60,726 nucleotides of DNA, filler included, from Squatina squatina (GCA_031763465.1; 3 parts of 3 records of this genome joined end to end with filler, not necessarily neighbours in it); one strand, 5' to 3'; positions 38,001 through 51,514 are shown, counted from the first letter of the whole stretch. Translations and numbers: made by a program. Notes: generated from the letters alone by a model not told the origin.

Positions 38001-39639
38001 GACCTACTAACCATCGCACCTGAATTACTGATCTGCTGTTGTGATGCGTGATGCTCTGTATCGGGAGTATATACTCAACCCTTGTATTTCAGCATGAAAT
38101 GCTTTTGAATGTTTATTATAACCATACAAATACATAGTTGAGTGTAACTTAAAAGTAGTGCTAGCAAGTTATTTCTATCTAGTGATGGCTTTTGGACCAA
38201 AGAACAAATTCAGACTTTTTTTAAATGGCTGATACAAAAGAAAACAGCAAAAAAAAAGCTCAAATGAAAGTTTTATTTTGGTAAGGAGCATCAGTCTTTG
38301 AACACTTGTGGAATATGCTTATGAAGTGTGTCTTAGAAATTACACCACAAATACTTGGACATAGAACGATACTACAAAGAAGCAGGTGCATCTAAGGTCA
38401 GATATGAAAGAGCAGGTTGCATTGCTTAGATGCAAGTGTCATAATATCAGAGGAGCAACAGCTTGTAATTATATAATATCCTCAAATAAAATAAGTGTCT
38501 CTAGCAAATTTGCTGAATGGTGGACCCCAATCAAGAAAAAAAGAGGAATTTTAGTGGAGTGAGGGCAGGGAGAGGACCATTGACACAGTCAAAGAGAAGG
38601 GTTTATAAGAAACCCCTGAGCCAAGAAGAGGGGTAACAAGGTACAGTGATTTTGGGAGAGAATTCCAGAGAGTTCTGTGGAGGAAATGAGGAATATACTT
38701 CTTAATTAACTAATGAGGATGCAGCAATCAGATAATCTTTACCATCTTACAGATCAGCAATCGATAAAGGAGGATAACTAAAAACAAGCACAGCAAGTGA
38801 AATTCCTAAAGTATAAAGATTTAACCATGAGATTAAATGCCTAGAAANNNNNNNNNNNNNNNNNNNNNNNNNNNNNNNNNNNNNNNNNNNNNNNNNNNNN
38901 NNNNNNNNNNNNNNNNNNNNNNNNNNNNNNNNNNNNNNNNNNNNNNNATTTTGCTTGCTATATTTGCAAACGACATCAAAAATGCAAAATGAATATTACA
39001 TAAAAGTCTAACAAATCTAATTGTAGATTCACCCCCTTCCCTTCTTGGCTAATTATCCTGCTTTAAGATTGCTACATATTGTACAACCTCCCCCCGCCCC
39101 CATCCTGTGTCTTTTAAAGTATACTGGTTGACATAGTATGGATGCAGCTGGAAACAACTGCAATGAGAAAGATGTTCTTCAAACGTTACTGTGGTATGGT
39201 TTTAAAACAAAAAAATGGATTGTGCTGCCAACAGACACAGATTGTAATCGAAGTAGCAGCAGGCTTGATTCATGGTTCAAGTGTTTGTGAAAGTGATGAG
39301 TGATGCTGGCATAATGTTCCACCTCTAAGTGAAAATGAAGATAATGGAGCATATTTTTACCTGAAAAATTCTGAGTGTAAACCAGCTGTGGAAGATAATG
39401 AAAGATCAATATTTGTGTTGGCGAGCGGTAGGATAGGGGGCGGTGGCAGAAACGGGGGGAGAGGGAGGAGGCGAAAATATAAGCGAGGGGCAGAGAAACT
39501 CAGGAACCACTAGGAGCTGTGTGGAAGTAATGCCAAAGTAGTTAATATTAACTCTCCAAAATGTACTGTGCATAATACTGAGAATATTTAATACAGATAT
39601 AAGAAAATACAGAGTGAGAGAAGGCCACTCAGGCCAGAA

Positions 39640-40864
39640 AACTTCTTCCATCAAATCCGCGTATGATTATTCTGTCATGGACTTTGTTCCCACATCACGG
39701 TTTGCATTAGAGAATACCAATTTCCTTCCCTGTCCACCTATGGAAAAAAAGCAGTTTTGTTGATTATCACTATAACCCTCAATCCTGGTTCTCAAAGCGA
39801 GGTGATCCAGCTTCCTTTTAAAAGTGGTAATTGACACTGAATCAGCTCCCTTCCCTGGGAGTTTGTTCCACATATTGACTACACAGTGGGAGAAAAACAG
39901 CTTTTTCAAATCTGTAATTATATTTGAGGTTTGTGAATTTTGTACTTGTGTCCTCCAGCTCTGTTTGTTGTCCAGGAAAAGTAGTTTCTTTACTTCCACC
40001 TCATCCGTACTTTTCAATTATTTTTGAATCATGTCTTCCTCAGTCTTCAGTGAAAATTAATTCAGTCACTTTAATCTTTCTTCATTGTTTTCTAAGGCCT
40101 GGACATGCCCTGATCACTCCTCTGTGTATTCTTTATCATGCACTTGTATTTAATGTAACATACAATGACCTAAACTGTGTGTTCACTTCAGAATTGGCCT
40201 TGCCATCAATCTGAAATGTCTGCATGGCCAACCCCAGTATCCTGAATTGTCTTATTAATAACTGCCTTACAATGACCAGATACTTTCAGAGAATGATCAG
40301 TGATCACTCCAAATCCTTTTCTTTGTGTCTCTAACAGGAGAGATGGGACCCTTTCATGTTCTGCATTTTACTGTAATCTGCTCCTTTTATGCTTCACTCT
40401 ATATTTATATCAACATTAAAATATATCCACTATATCTCAGCCAATGTATGTAACTAGTTCAGGTCTTTTGGAAGACACTCAATCTCTTTTCTAATTGTAG
40501 CCTGCCCACAAAGCTCTGTGTCATCAGCAAATTTAATAGGACTGTGGACATCCTGTTCCATGTCATTAACAAATACTGTAAATAGTATGGAATGGATACC
40601 AGTGGATCTCGACTGTTTACTATTTCTCAGGCAGAGCATTTTCTGTTAATCACCCCATCTGTATTCTGTAGCCAGTCTAGTTCTCTGTCCATCTAGACAA
40701 TTTGTAAATCATACCATAAGCTTTAAGCTTCTTTCCAAGCCTCACAAGGAACTTTGCCACACACCCTTGAAAATCCAAGTAAACCACATTTACTCAATTA
40801 CTTGCTTCAGAAGATTTGTTCACCTTCTGTTAGAAGGATGACCTAATTTAGATACCAAATACAA
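39640..40864 (-). mobile_element. Old CR1 LINE, RT domain through 3' end
   Basis: ILFTVFVNDMEQDVHSPIKFADDTELCG (40454-40639) and FFSHCVVNMWNKLP..FKRKLD (39667-40017). Confidence 0.8.
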
Positions 40865-40908
40865 NNNNNNNNNNNNNNNNNNNNNNNNNNNNNNNNNNNN
40901 NNNNNNNN

Positions 40909-40920
40909 TTAATTAATTAA
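40909..40920. other. Artificial six-frame-stop spacer TTAATTAATTAA inside a 100-nt N gap
   Basis: Same construct as 16982-16993; coincides with a shift to GC-richer sequence. Confidence 0.9.
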
Positions 40921-41755
40921 NNNNNNNNNNNNNNNNNNNNNNNNNNNNNNNNNNNNNNNNNNNNACATGAAGGAGGAACAATTAATTGGGCAATGTGCAG
41001 GAAGGGCAGAGAGCTCACAGCACCTGCCAGTGGGGTGGGGAAATGAGAAAAACCCTTTCCTGTTGCTGGAGGCCGTGGAGGGGCTGCAGGTTAATGAGCA
41101 GATTTACCTCAGATTAAGTTGAAAATAACGTTTAGTATTTGTGCGCGGCCCAGCTCACACCTGTTGCAGTGAAGAACTGAATTGGTTCTGAGCATGATGG
41201 GTCGAATGATCTCCTTCTGTGCTGTTTGATCAGGAAATCCCCATGTATTGTGTATTTGTTTAATTTTAAGCTTTAAGAAAAAGACAGAGACGGCAGGTTA
41301 TTTTTCTGTACAATGTCTATTTAGGCTGTATTGTAAATGAGGAACAGAACACATTGTATAAGATAAACCTATTTACATAACCTGTCACTCTACCAATGCT
41401 GGTCTACATCAGAGACAGTCCTGGTCTGGTGCACAAAGCACGTGGTTTAAAATGGGTCAAACTTCTACAGGGAAAAACCTGCTCAAAGTGGTCACCTTCC
41501 GGGCACAACACGACTGCAAAACAGGCGGTGTGCGTCAGTTAGAGTGGCTGCTCGGAGCACGGTGTCTAGGGTTACAGGAGAATCAGCTCTGCCAGAATTC
41601 ACTCCAGGCTCCAGTTACTCTGCATCCAGTTTGTGTCAGACTGCCTGGAGCCTGCNNNNNNNNNNNNNNNNNNNNNNNNNNNNNNNNNNNNNNNNNNNNN
41701 NNNNNNNNNNNNNNNNNNNNNNNNNNNNNNNNNNNNNNNNNNNNNNNNNNNNNNN

Positions 41756-44700
41756 GGCCATTTCCACAGCTTCTTGCAGTCCATACAGTCTCCCAGAGAC
41801 CAGATAGACCCCACTGGCCCAGAGCACGCAGGCCTCATGGATCCACAGCTCCTCGGGGTCGAGAGGTAGTTGAGGGAGCTGGAGCTCCACTTGGGAGCCA
41901 AGCTCACTTTTAAATCTTTGAGTCCGTAAGTCGACAGAAGAGGTCTTCTCACAGCAGTAGCAGCGCCTGTGGCCCTTGCTGCTCCGGGGGCTGGCCCAGG
42001 AAGGGGTGCAATCCTCGGAGTAGTGACGCCTTTTGAACCTCGGGTGTCCCATGACATTCCCGAACTCCTTGCCCTCGTCCTCCGATTGGCTAGTCTTTAG
42101 CAGCTCGGGCATGCTTTTGTGCCTCACCTTCACCCGGTTCTGCGCCGGCATCATCTTCTTGGGGGGCGGGTTCTTGGGCAAGGTGCCAGCATACTGGTGT
42201 GGGTAGTAGGGCCCAAAGAGGTCACCCAGGTCCCTGTGGTTGGCGCACTTGCCGCACAGGCAGCACACCAGCAGGCCGAGGGTGGAGCTCTCAGTCACCA
42301 GCGGGCCCGGCACCATGTGCGAGGAGGTCGGTAAGGCTTTGCCAGCACAGCTGGGTGGGGGGGCGGAGGCCGGTCCCTGATGACCTTTCACCCCTTTCTG
42401 GGCCCGGTCCTGTTCTTCATCCTGGGTGTTGATTATTGTGCAAAGCAGCGCGGCCTCGCGCTTCCTCTCCAGCAGCACGTACGGGGAGAAGCCCTTATCC
42501 TCGGACTCCCCTCGCCTCCTGCCCACTGTTCGAGCCGCGTGTTTCAGCTTGACCTCTGGTTCCTGGGGCAGCACAATGGGGCCTTCGAGCCTCTTGCGAC
42601 GCCTCCTCGGGTGGGAAGGTGGTTTCTTTCTCTCGGGCCTCCTCTTCCTTTTGGCCGTCTCCTGCACCTCCTCCTGATTCCGCGCTCCCTGACACTCCTG
42701 CCGACACCGCTTCTGCTTGTTGATGCTCCCCAAGGGCCTCCCCCGCTTCTTGCCGGACGGAAAGTACCCTTTGACAGACCCACCTTCGGCCTTGGGGGTG
42801 ACGACAACAGGTCCTACCCCAGCCTCGCGGCCTGGGGAACAGGGCAGGGGGCAAGGGGTACCACATTGCTTGGATTCAGGGTGATGCGGAACCCGGATGG
42901 TTGGCGAGGGACCTCCACCAATCTGGGAGCAATTGGCACGCACTGTTTCACGAGCTGCCCCATGGTCCATGGCCTTCGCTTCCGGCTCCTCCAATGGATC
43001 TGCATGCACCTTATCCCGAGGCTGCGCCACTGTCGGGTCGCCACTCTCCCAGCCTCCCTCTCTGACAGACAGGATGTCCTCCAGGGTCACGCTGTCAGAG
43101 GCCCCATCGAGCGTTCCCACTGCAGAGAACTTCCTCCCGTTGGGCGACGTGATCTTCTGGACAATGGCTTCCAGCTTTAAGCCACGGCCCTTTCGTGGTG
43201 GTAGAGTTTTGGTTTTGCCTGGACTGGCGAGAGAAGCAGCCGGAGAAATGCTACCACTGGGGCTGTCCTTCTCGTCATTCATCTGCTGAGGTTCGGTACC
43301 AAACTCGGACTTGTGCGCGGGGCTCGGACTAGCACTGTGCTGGGGGGCGTGGGGGTCGCGAGGGGGAGCTGATTTGGCCTCTACATCCCTGGCTTTTGAC
43401 TCTTGGCAAAGTCTTTTGGCTGGAATAGGTGATATAAAAGATCGAATCCTTCTCCTCGACAAAATAGAGGATTGAATTGACTGGTCCTCCTGACCCATCG
43501 TATCGTTTTGCTTTTTAGTCACAGGTGAAAGTTTGTCCGCGTTCACTGACCATTCGTCCGGCTTTGGGCTTTGGGGCTGGCGACTCTGAAGTGAGAGGTG
43601 GCTGCCTATCTCCTGCTGCATGACGTTAGAGACTCTCGACTCTTTCTGAAGCCCGCTCCTGCAGAACTCCGCCGGGAGGTCCTTCCTGTCAGGCACGTTC
43701 CTCCAATCACTTGGCTCTTCGGGGTCGTGCAACTGCCTCTGCGAATGGATTGGGGACATCATAGTGGCTTCTGACTCCATACCCAATAAAGGAGCACTAA
43801 CTTGCTTGNNNNNNNNNNNNNNNNNNNNNNNNNNNNNNNNNNNNNNNNNNNNNNNNNNNNNNNNNNNNNNNNNNNNNNNNNNNNNNNNNNNNNNNNNNNN
43901 NNNNNNNNNNNNNNNNNNNNNNNNNNNNNNNNNNNNNNNNNNNNNNNNNNNNNNNNNNNNNNNNNNNNNNNNNNNNNNNNNNNNNNNNNNNNNNNNNNNN
44001 NNNNNNNNNNNNNNNNNNNNNNNNNNNNNNNNNNNNNNNNNNNNNCGCCTCACTCTCGAGGATCGACTGTTCAAAGCCTGATGGGGAAAGTTGGCGGCGG
44101 GTCCCACGGGCAATGGTGTGGAAACCATGGTGGAATCTCTGGCCAGCTCGCAATGGTCATACTTCCAGAGGGTCCCAGGGTCTCTGCTTTCGCGGTGTCC
44201 AACACTCCTTTGCTGTCCTTGGCTTTGGTCCACCTCACCCTTAACTCTTGTTTCTGCAGCTACAAAAAGACCCGACTGGATAACCGACTGTCCTGCTTTG
44301 TAAGACTTATCTGCCTTCGTGTTCTGGCCAAACCCTCGATCGTGAGAGTGTCCGCAGGCCGGAGGCACGGAGCTTCTGCCAAACAGCCTCGACGGGGAGA
44401 CGTCACAGATGACCGACTTCCTCTCCGACATCCCACTCTCGAGCTGCGTCTCCAGATCAACCTTGCCCTGCTCCGTTCCAAAACCGGGGTCCGGTGCCCT
44501 CCCGTCCCCCCAGGCCGAGAGAGAAGCCATGGGGTTACAGCGCACTTCCTTCCTGGCCAACTCAACCATCTGCCGTGCCGGGTAGCCAAGTTGCACAGGG
44601 GCATCCAGAAAACCCGAATACTGAAGCTCTGGAGCGTAACTGGAGTGAAACTTCCTCCCGTGATAGTTGGCTTGCAAAGCTTCTTGGAGCAAACTGTGGC

Positions 44701-46741
44701 TCTTTTCAGACTTGCCTGGGAGGACCTTCCGGTCTCCGAGAGCGAACTGGTCCGCCTCCGGTTGGCTGTAAGTGACTGGATACTGCATGTAATGGTACCC
44801 GCCGTCATTCTTAGGCATGTCCCGAAACCCATACACCAAGCAGCTGGAAGACTTGGAGGAGGGGTCCAGTCTTGTGGCCAAGGGGTCACCGAGCACCGCC
44901 TGACCTTGATGCACCAGACCATTCCCATTTTGGGCTGTTGATCGCGCCATGATGTTGCGAGTGTTATTGGGTTGCTGGTTGCGACCAGATCCCTTCACGT
45001 CACTGATGGGGAAAGTGTTCGGCCTGGAGTGTTGGTCCTCTTGCCGGCTGACGCCCATCGCATCCCCTCTGCTGATCATCGCTTCCCGGGACACGATGAC
45101 GCCAATGGGCTTCTCGCTGCGCGGTGGGCCTTGCTCTGCCAGCGTCGTCATGGCGCCCCCTTTCCCCTCCTGGCACATCTGGGCGATCAGCTCCTCCTTC
45201 GAGAGCGGCTGGCCGGGGCCGTCGCCATGGGAACTGGGTGTCTCCGGGAGGTGGGCCTGGTAGGCCCGCTCAGAGCAGCCACTTTGCCCGCTGAGCTGCC
45301 GGACCCGCTCCGCGTGGTCCTCGGAGGAACTGGAGCAGCCCCCATCCAGGGACTCTGCCTGCGGTGACTTCAGCTGCTCCTCCAGGCCCAGGTGCTCGGT
45401 GGGGCCTCCTGGCCGCTTGGCGGTGCGCCGGGCCTGGCGGCGGTGCAAAGCCAGCGTGTCGGAGATCAGCAGGTGCTGCACAGTGTTGGGGATGTTGGCC
45501 ACTTGCGAGCTCAGGGCCGTCAGGCTGCTCAGGCCCAGGTCAGAAGCCCGCTTCTCACTCCCGCCCTCCAGCCCAAAGCCCTCATAGGCTCCGGACTGCG
45601 AGCCGGGGCTCGGCACCAGGCCTGTCGGAGTGGGGCTGGGCTGGGGCAGCAGCTGTAGGATCCGGCTTCTCGCCCCCATGCCCATGGCTCCGGGCCCACA
45701 TTGCAGGCTGTCGTTGCTGACCATGAGAGGAGACGGGGTGGAGCTACACGAAGGGGACTGGGCCATGGGGNNNNNNNNNNNNNNNNNNNNNNNNNNNNNN
45801 NNNNNNNNNNNNNNNNNNNNNNNNNNNNNNNNNNNNNNNNNNNNNNNNNNNNNNNNNNNNNNNNNNNNNNNNNNNNNNNNNNNNNNNNNNNNNNNNNNNN
45901 NNNNNNNNNNNNNNNNNNNNNNNNNNNNNNNNNNNNNNNNNNNNNNNNNNNNNNNNNNNNNNNNNNNNNNNNNNNNNNNNNNNNNNNNNNNNNNNNNNNN
46001 NNNNNNNNNNNNNNNNNNNNNNNNNNNNNNNNNNNNNNNNNNNNNNNNNNNNNNNNNNNNNNNNNNNNNNNNNNNNNNNNNNNNNNNNNNNNNNNNNNNN
46101 NNNNNNNNNNNNNNNNNNNNNNNNNNNNNNNNNNNNNNNNNNNNNNNNNNNNNNNNNNNNNNNNNNNNNNNNNNNNNNNNNNNNNNNNNNNNNNNNNNNN
46201 NNNNNNNNNNNNNNNNNNNNNNNNNNNNNNNNNNNNNNNNNNNNNNNNNNNNNNNNNNNNNNNNNNNNNNNNNNNNNNNNNNNNNNNNNNNNNNNNNNNN
46301 NNNNNNNNNNNNNNNNNNNNNNNNNNNNNNNNNNNNNNNNNNNNNNNNNNNNNNNNNNNNNNNNNNNNNNNNNNNNNNNNNNNNNNNNNNNNNNNNNNNN
46401 NNNNNNNNNNNNNNNNNNNNNNNNNNNNNNNNNNNNNNNNNNNNNNNNNNNNNNNNNNNNNNNNNNNNNNNNNNNNNNNNNNNNNNNNNNNNNNNNNNNN
46501 NNNNNNNNNNNNNNNNNNNNNNNNNNNNNNNNNNNNNNNNNNNNNNNNNNNNAGGCTCTCTGCGGAAGGCCGGGTACAGCTGCTGGTCACAGCCCTCGCT
46601 GGCTGGCCGGTTGGCGTAGCTGGCAAACATCTGGCCCTGGTGGTGCTGTCCGTACTCGGCCAGCCGGGCCGACTCCTGGGCCTCTTGGTGCAGCAGCCTC
46701 TGGTTTCCGTGGTAACTGCTCTGCTCCCGGTACGACTGCAT
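41756..46741 (-). CDS. TCF20: TCF20 giant first coding exon (two internal gaps, 3' end lost in gap)
   Basis: Starts MQSYREQSSYHGNQ after an acceptor at 46777. Contains SPSCSSTPSPLM, LSSLTALSSQVANIPNTVQHLLISD, RRRIRSFISPIPAKR, GRGLKLEAIVQKITSPN, AT-hook PSGKKRGRP and the ePHD start LVCCLCGK..LGDLFGPYYP..ELWIHEACVLWASGVYLVSGRLYGLQEA. Confidence 0.93.
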
Positions 46742-47977
46742 GCTGTGGTGTGGCACAGTCCAATCCTCGGCGGGTTCTGAGGAAACAGAAGAGGAGGAGG
46801 AAAATCAATCAAGAAACCAACGGGGCTTGATACCAACAGCGCCCAGAGACACGAGCAGCAGGAATCGCTCCCAGGGTCACTGCCTTTGCAAAGTAGCTTG
46901 CGACCATTACTGCTCCAAGCCCTGTCACCAGGGTCAGTACAAAACTAAAACCCTTTTCCTTTAATCATGCATCGAGGGGGAAGCACGGAGCAGAAATGGG
47001 AATGATGAGGAAGCTAGCCCTCCGCTCGCTGGCAAACTGGCAAGGGGTGGCGGTGCTCACCTGGCACACGAAGCCAGTGACTCGCCAGGTTTACACCCGG
47101 GAACGACTCGATTTCATCCAAACTGCGCTGAGGATTGCCAGCAGTAAGGAGAGAGGGTCTCACAGTAAGTGATCCCCACACCAGGGCATTAATGGAAGAC
47201 TCTCAAAGCCACAGTGGGCCACGGTGCTATCGGAGTCAAAAGCAATAGGCTTCCTGCAGCCCCCTCACTTCTTGCTTCAAGTCCTTCAAGGCCAGGCTGG
47301 GAAGAGCAAGTTTGATCCTGGCAACATTTCCCGTGGCCAAGAGGCCGACACTAAGCCCTCCCTCTTACAGCCTGAAAAGAGTCCATTCACTTTGACACCT
47401 GGAGCTGGAGCAGGGACAGCGCATGGGGNNNNNNNNNNNNNNNNNNNNNNNNNNNNNNNNNNNNNNNNNNNNNNNNNNNNNNNNNNNNNNNNNNNNNNNN
47501 NNNNNNNNNNNNNNNNNNNNNNNNNNNNTCTCCCCTCCTTTCTCCTCTCACTCCTCATGTAGGGCTCATTCCCAAAGGAACCTTGCCAAGCGGAGTATTG
47601 GACCGAGGCAGAGGGTATTATAGCCGAGCCTCGACCTGTGCCCGACTGACGGGTGTGGAGGGGACCGATGGTGGAGTAGGAGGTCCCTCCTGCCCCAGGG
47701 ACCAGGGAGAGCAGTTGAAGCAATCTGACTGCAGTAGGTTGAGGTCAGCTACTGGGCGGGGTACTGGGACTGTTCCAGTCTGTGACTAAGCTCCACCCTC
47801 GTCACTGCATTCACCCACATTCGGGAAAGAGGGGTTCAAAGATCATGCCCCATAAACAGATGACATCAGTCCCTTAAATCATGTGTTGCAGCTCAAAAGG
47901 CTGCACTCAGAACCTTGAGTATGACCTTGTAAGATCTCCTCTCTAATGTGAAGCCCTCTTTCTACTCCAGCCCAGCC

Positions 47978-48218
47978 ATGCTGAATGTGCCAGCCAAAAA
48001 CTCCTACAGGATGGTGATCCTGGGAGCCTCCAAGGTGGGAAAGTCCTGCATCGTGTCCCGCTTTCTGAACAGCAGGTTTGAGGAGCAGTACACCCCCACC
48101 ATCGAGGACTTCCACCGCAAAGTCTACAACATCCGTGGCGATATTTACCAGCTTGACATCCTCGACACGTCCGGGAATCACCCCTTCCCCGCCATGAGGA
48201 GACTTTCCATCCTCACCG
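47978..48218 (+). CDS. RASD2: RASD2 (Rhes) coding exon 1
   Basis: Acceptor ctactccag|cccagccATG. MLNVPAKNSYRMVILGASKVGKS (P-loop)..YTPTIEDFHRKVYNIRGD..DTSGNHPFPAMRRLSILT G|gtaggt. Confidence 0.93.
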
Positions 48219-48228
48219 GTAGGTCCGG

Positions 48229-48622
48229 ACGGAGAGAGGGAGAGAGGGACAGAGCGAGAGGGAGGGGGAGGGAGAGGGATAGAGAGAGTGAGAGAGGAAT
48301 AGAGAGCGAGAGGGAGGGATAGAGAGAGAGCGAGAGGGACGGATAGAGAGAGAGAGAGGGATAGAGAGAGGGATAGAATGAGAGAGTTGTATTGGATTGA
48401 GCGAGAGGGATAGAGAGATGGGGATAGAGAGGGGGAATGGAGAGAGAGAGGGGGATGGAGAGAGAAGGGGGTGGAGAAAGGTAGAGAGAAAGAGAGTTAG
48501 AGTGATATAGGGAGAGAGGCAGGGATAGAGATGGAGAGACTAGGATAGAGAGAGAGTCAGGGATATGTGTGTATATAGATATAGAGAGATAGAGATAGAG
48601 AGAGAGGGAGGGAGGGAGGGAT
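48229..48622. repeat. GA-rich polypurine low-complexity tract in the RASD2 intron
   Basis: Nearly continuous GAGA/GGGA/GATA repeats. Confidence 0.9.
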
Positions 48623-48710
48623 ATATATAACAGAGCAATAATGGCTTCTCCTGCCCTCGCCTGGGGCCTCCACAGTCCGAATGACTTTCCGTTGCCCTCT
48701 GTTTTTGCAG

Positions 48711-49240
48711 GTGATGTTTTTATCCTGGTCTTCAGCTTGGACAGCCGGGGATCTTTCGAAGAAGTCCAGCGCCTACGCAGGCAGATCATCGAGTGCAAGA
48801 CGTGCCTGAAGGACAAGACCAAAGAGCCGATGGAAATCCCCATGGCCCTGTGCGGCAACAAGGTTGACCGTGTGGAGCTGCACCGGGAGGTGCAGTCCGA
48901 CGAGGCCGAGCGGTTGATCGCCGGCGATGCCAACAGCGCCTACTTCGAAATCTCCGCCAAGAAGAACTCCAACGTGGAGGAGATGTTCCGGGCCCTGTTC
49001 AGCATGGCCAAGCTCCCCCATGAAATGAGCCCGGCCCTTCACCGCAAGATCTCAGTGCAGTACTGCGAGGTGTTCCATCGCAAGTCCTTCCGCCTCAGGC
49101 GGGTCAAGGAGGTGGACGCATTCGGCATGGTGTCTCCCCAGGCCCGCAGGCCCAGTGTCAACAGCGACCTGATGTACATCAAGGAGAAGGTGCTGGGCCG
49201 AGCACAGGCCAGGGATCGTGAGAAATGTCTCATCCAGTGA
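48711..49240 (+). CDS. RASD2: RASD2 coding exon 2
   Basis: tttttgcag|(G)DVFILVFSLD..CGNKVD..EISAKK..MAKLPHEMSPALHRKISVQY..RRPSVNSDL..CLIQ* (CAAX). Joined CDS is 771 nt (256 aa). Confidence 0.93.
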
Positions 49241-49820
49241 CTGCTATCAAAGAGCGGGGCGGTTCCAGGCTGCTCTCCGACACGGCCCTGCGCACGGGAG
49301 AGAGAGCACGGGACTTCTAAAATATCTATCGTCTCAATATTCTAAGCAAAAACTAAATCTGCAAGATAATGTAAATCCTTTGCTCAATATCTAATTGTTT
49401 CTCAGTGAATAAACAGGGGGAAATCTCNNNNNNNNNNTCTCCCTGCCGTCGCAACATGATTTCTGTACAATGATGGCTGCACCTCAGGCAGTGCGGAGGG
49501 ACCATTGCTACAAGTTGCAGACCAGTCAGCTGATTAAACACATCGGTGGTGTGTGTCCAACTGCATCTTCATGTTTCTGCCTGTAGGTGGGTGTCTCTGG
49601 TGATGGCTTGAAGTTTGGTATTTATTGAAATCTGGTTCGTTTTCAGCACTTTACTGGAGAACGAGCCCTTACCGTATAAAGCTCAATTTCTCAGCCGTTT
49701 CTTGGTATTATGGAAACTTTNNNNNNNNNNNNNNNNNNNNNNNNNNNNNNNNNNNNNNNNNNNNNNNNNNNNNNNNNNNNNNNNNNNNNNNNNNNNNNNN
49801 NNNNNNNNNNNNNNNNNNNN

Positions 49821-51004
49821 CATCACACAGCAACCATCACCCAGCAACCATCACCAGTCCATCCACCAGCAACCATCACCAGTCCATCACCCAGCAACCA
49901 TCGCCAACCCATCAACCAGTAAACATCGCCAGCCCATCACCCATCGCCAACTCATCACCCGGCAACCATTGCCAAACCATCCCCTGGCAACCATCACCAA
50001 ACCATCACCCATCGCCAACTCATCACCCGGCAACCATCAGCAGCCCATCACCCATTGCCAACTCATCACCCGGCAACCATTGCCAAACCATCCCCTGGCA
50101 ACCATCACCAGCCCATCACCCATCGCCAACTCATCACCCGGCAACCATCGCCAACTCATCACCCAGCAACCATCGCCAACCCATCACCCGGCAACCATCG
50201 CCAGCCAACCTCCCAGCAACAATCGGCAATCCATCCCCCAACAACCATCGCCTACCCATCACCAATCGTCAATCTGTCACCTAGCAACCATCGCCATCCC
50301 ATCCCCCAGCAACCATTATCAGCCCATCCCCAGCAACCAGCGCCAGCACATCCCCCGGCACCCATCGCCATCCCATCCCCCAGCAACCTTTGCCACCCAT
50401 CACCGAACAACCATCACCCAGCAACCATCGCCAGCCTTTCACCCAGCAACCATTGCAAGCCCATCACCCAGCAACCATGACAACCCATCATCTGGCAGCC
50501 ATCGCCAGTCCATCACCGAGCAACCATCGCGGACCCATCACCCGGCTACCATCGCCAGTCCATCAGCCGGCAACCATTGTCAGCCCATCACCCAGCAACC
50601 TTCGCCACCCATCACCGAACAACCATCACCCAGCAACCATGGCCAGCCCTTCACCCAGCAACCATTACCAGCCCATCCCCAGCAACCACCGCCAGCCCAT
50701 CCCCCGGCACCCATCGCCATCCCATCCCCCAGCAACCAGCGCCAACCCATCACCCGGCAAACTTTGCCACCCATCACCGAGCAACCATCACCCGGCAACC
50801 ATCGCCAGCCCATCACCCAGCAACCATCACCAGTCCATCCACCAGCAACCATCACCAGTCCATCCCCCAGCAACCATCGCCAGCCCATCAACCAGTAAAC
50901 ATCGCCAGCCCATCACCCATCGCCAATTCATCACCCGGCAACCATCGCCAAACCATCCCCTGGCAACCATCACCAGCCCATCACCCATCGCCAACTCATC
51001 ACCC
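49821..51004. repeat. Low-complexity C/A-rich tandem array (CCATCACCCAGCAA-like units)
   Basis: Permuted CCATC(A/G)CC / CAGCAA modules throughout; 49821-50040 recurs near 50800-51004. Confidence 0.9.
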
Positions 51005-51179
51005 NNNNNNNNNNNNNNNNNNNNNNNNNNNNNNNNNNNNNNNNNNNNNNNNNNNNNNNNNNNNNNNNNNNNNNNNNNNNNNNNNNNNNNNNNNNNNNNN
51101 NNNNGGCCCCGTTTCCCCCAGTCAAATTGCCCCAGGCCTGTATGTAAATGAATTGGTTTGTATTGAATAAAAAGTTTGA

Positions 51180-51400
51180 TTGCATAGAATGGCATAAAAT
51201 GTGCAGCACAGAAACAGGCCATTCGGCCCAACAGGTCTATCCCGGTGTTTCTGCTCCACACGAGCCTCCTCCCACCCCACTCCACCTCACCCCACCTCAC
51301 CCCATCAGCAGATCCTTCTATTCCTTTCTCCCTCTTCTGTTTATCGAGCTTCCCCTTAAATGCATCTATGCTGCTCACCTCAACCACTCCAGGTGGTAGC
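51180..51400 (-). mobile_element. CR1/HER1-like LINE 3' end
   Basis: LPPGVVEVSSIDAFKGKLDKQKREKGIEG plus the same 3' UTR as 20505-20790. Confidence 0.85.
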
Positions 51401-51514
51401 ATTAAGTCAGTGTTTATGCGATTAAGTGATTTTATCTTTCATAAAGAATGAAAAAAGCTTATATAAAATGAGAAGATTAATAACTGGGTCACCCAGTTCC
51501 AGGTAAAGATTAAT

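Noticed and set aside
38702-38709. TTAATTAA as a third artificial spacer
   Set aside because: Only 8 nt and embedded in ordinary sequence without flanking Ns.
42119-45720. Many antisense and alternative-frame ORFs up to 379 aa
   Set aside because: Shadow ORFs of the GC-rich TCF20 exon with no recognisable domains.
49615-51170. 427-aa and overlapping Pro/His/Gln-rich ORFs
   Set aside because: Several frames are open only because the C/A-rich repeat lacks stops; the ORFs begin across an N gap.
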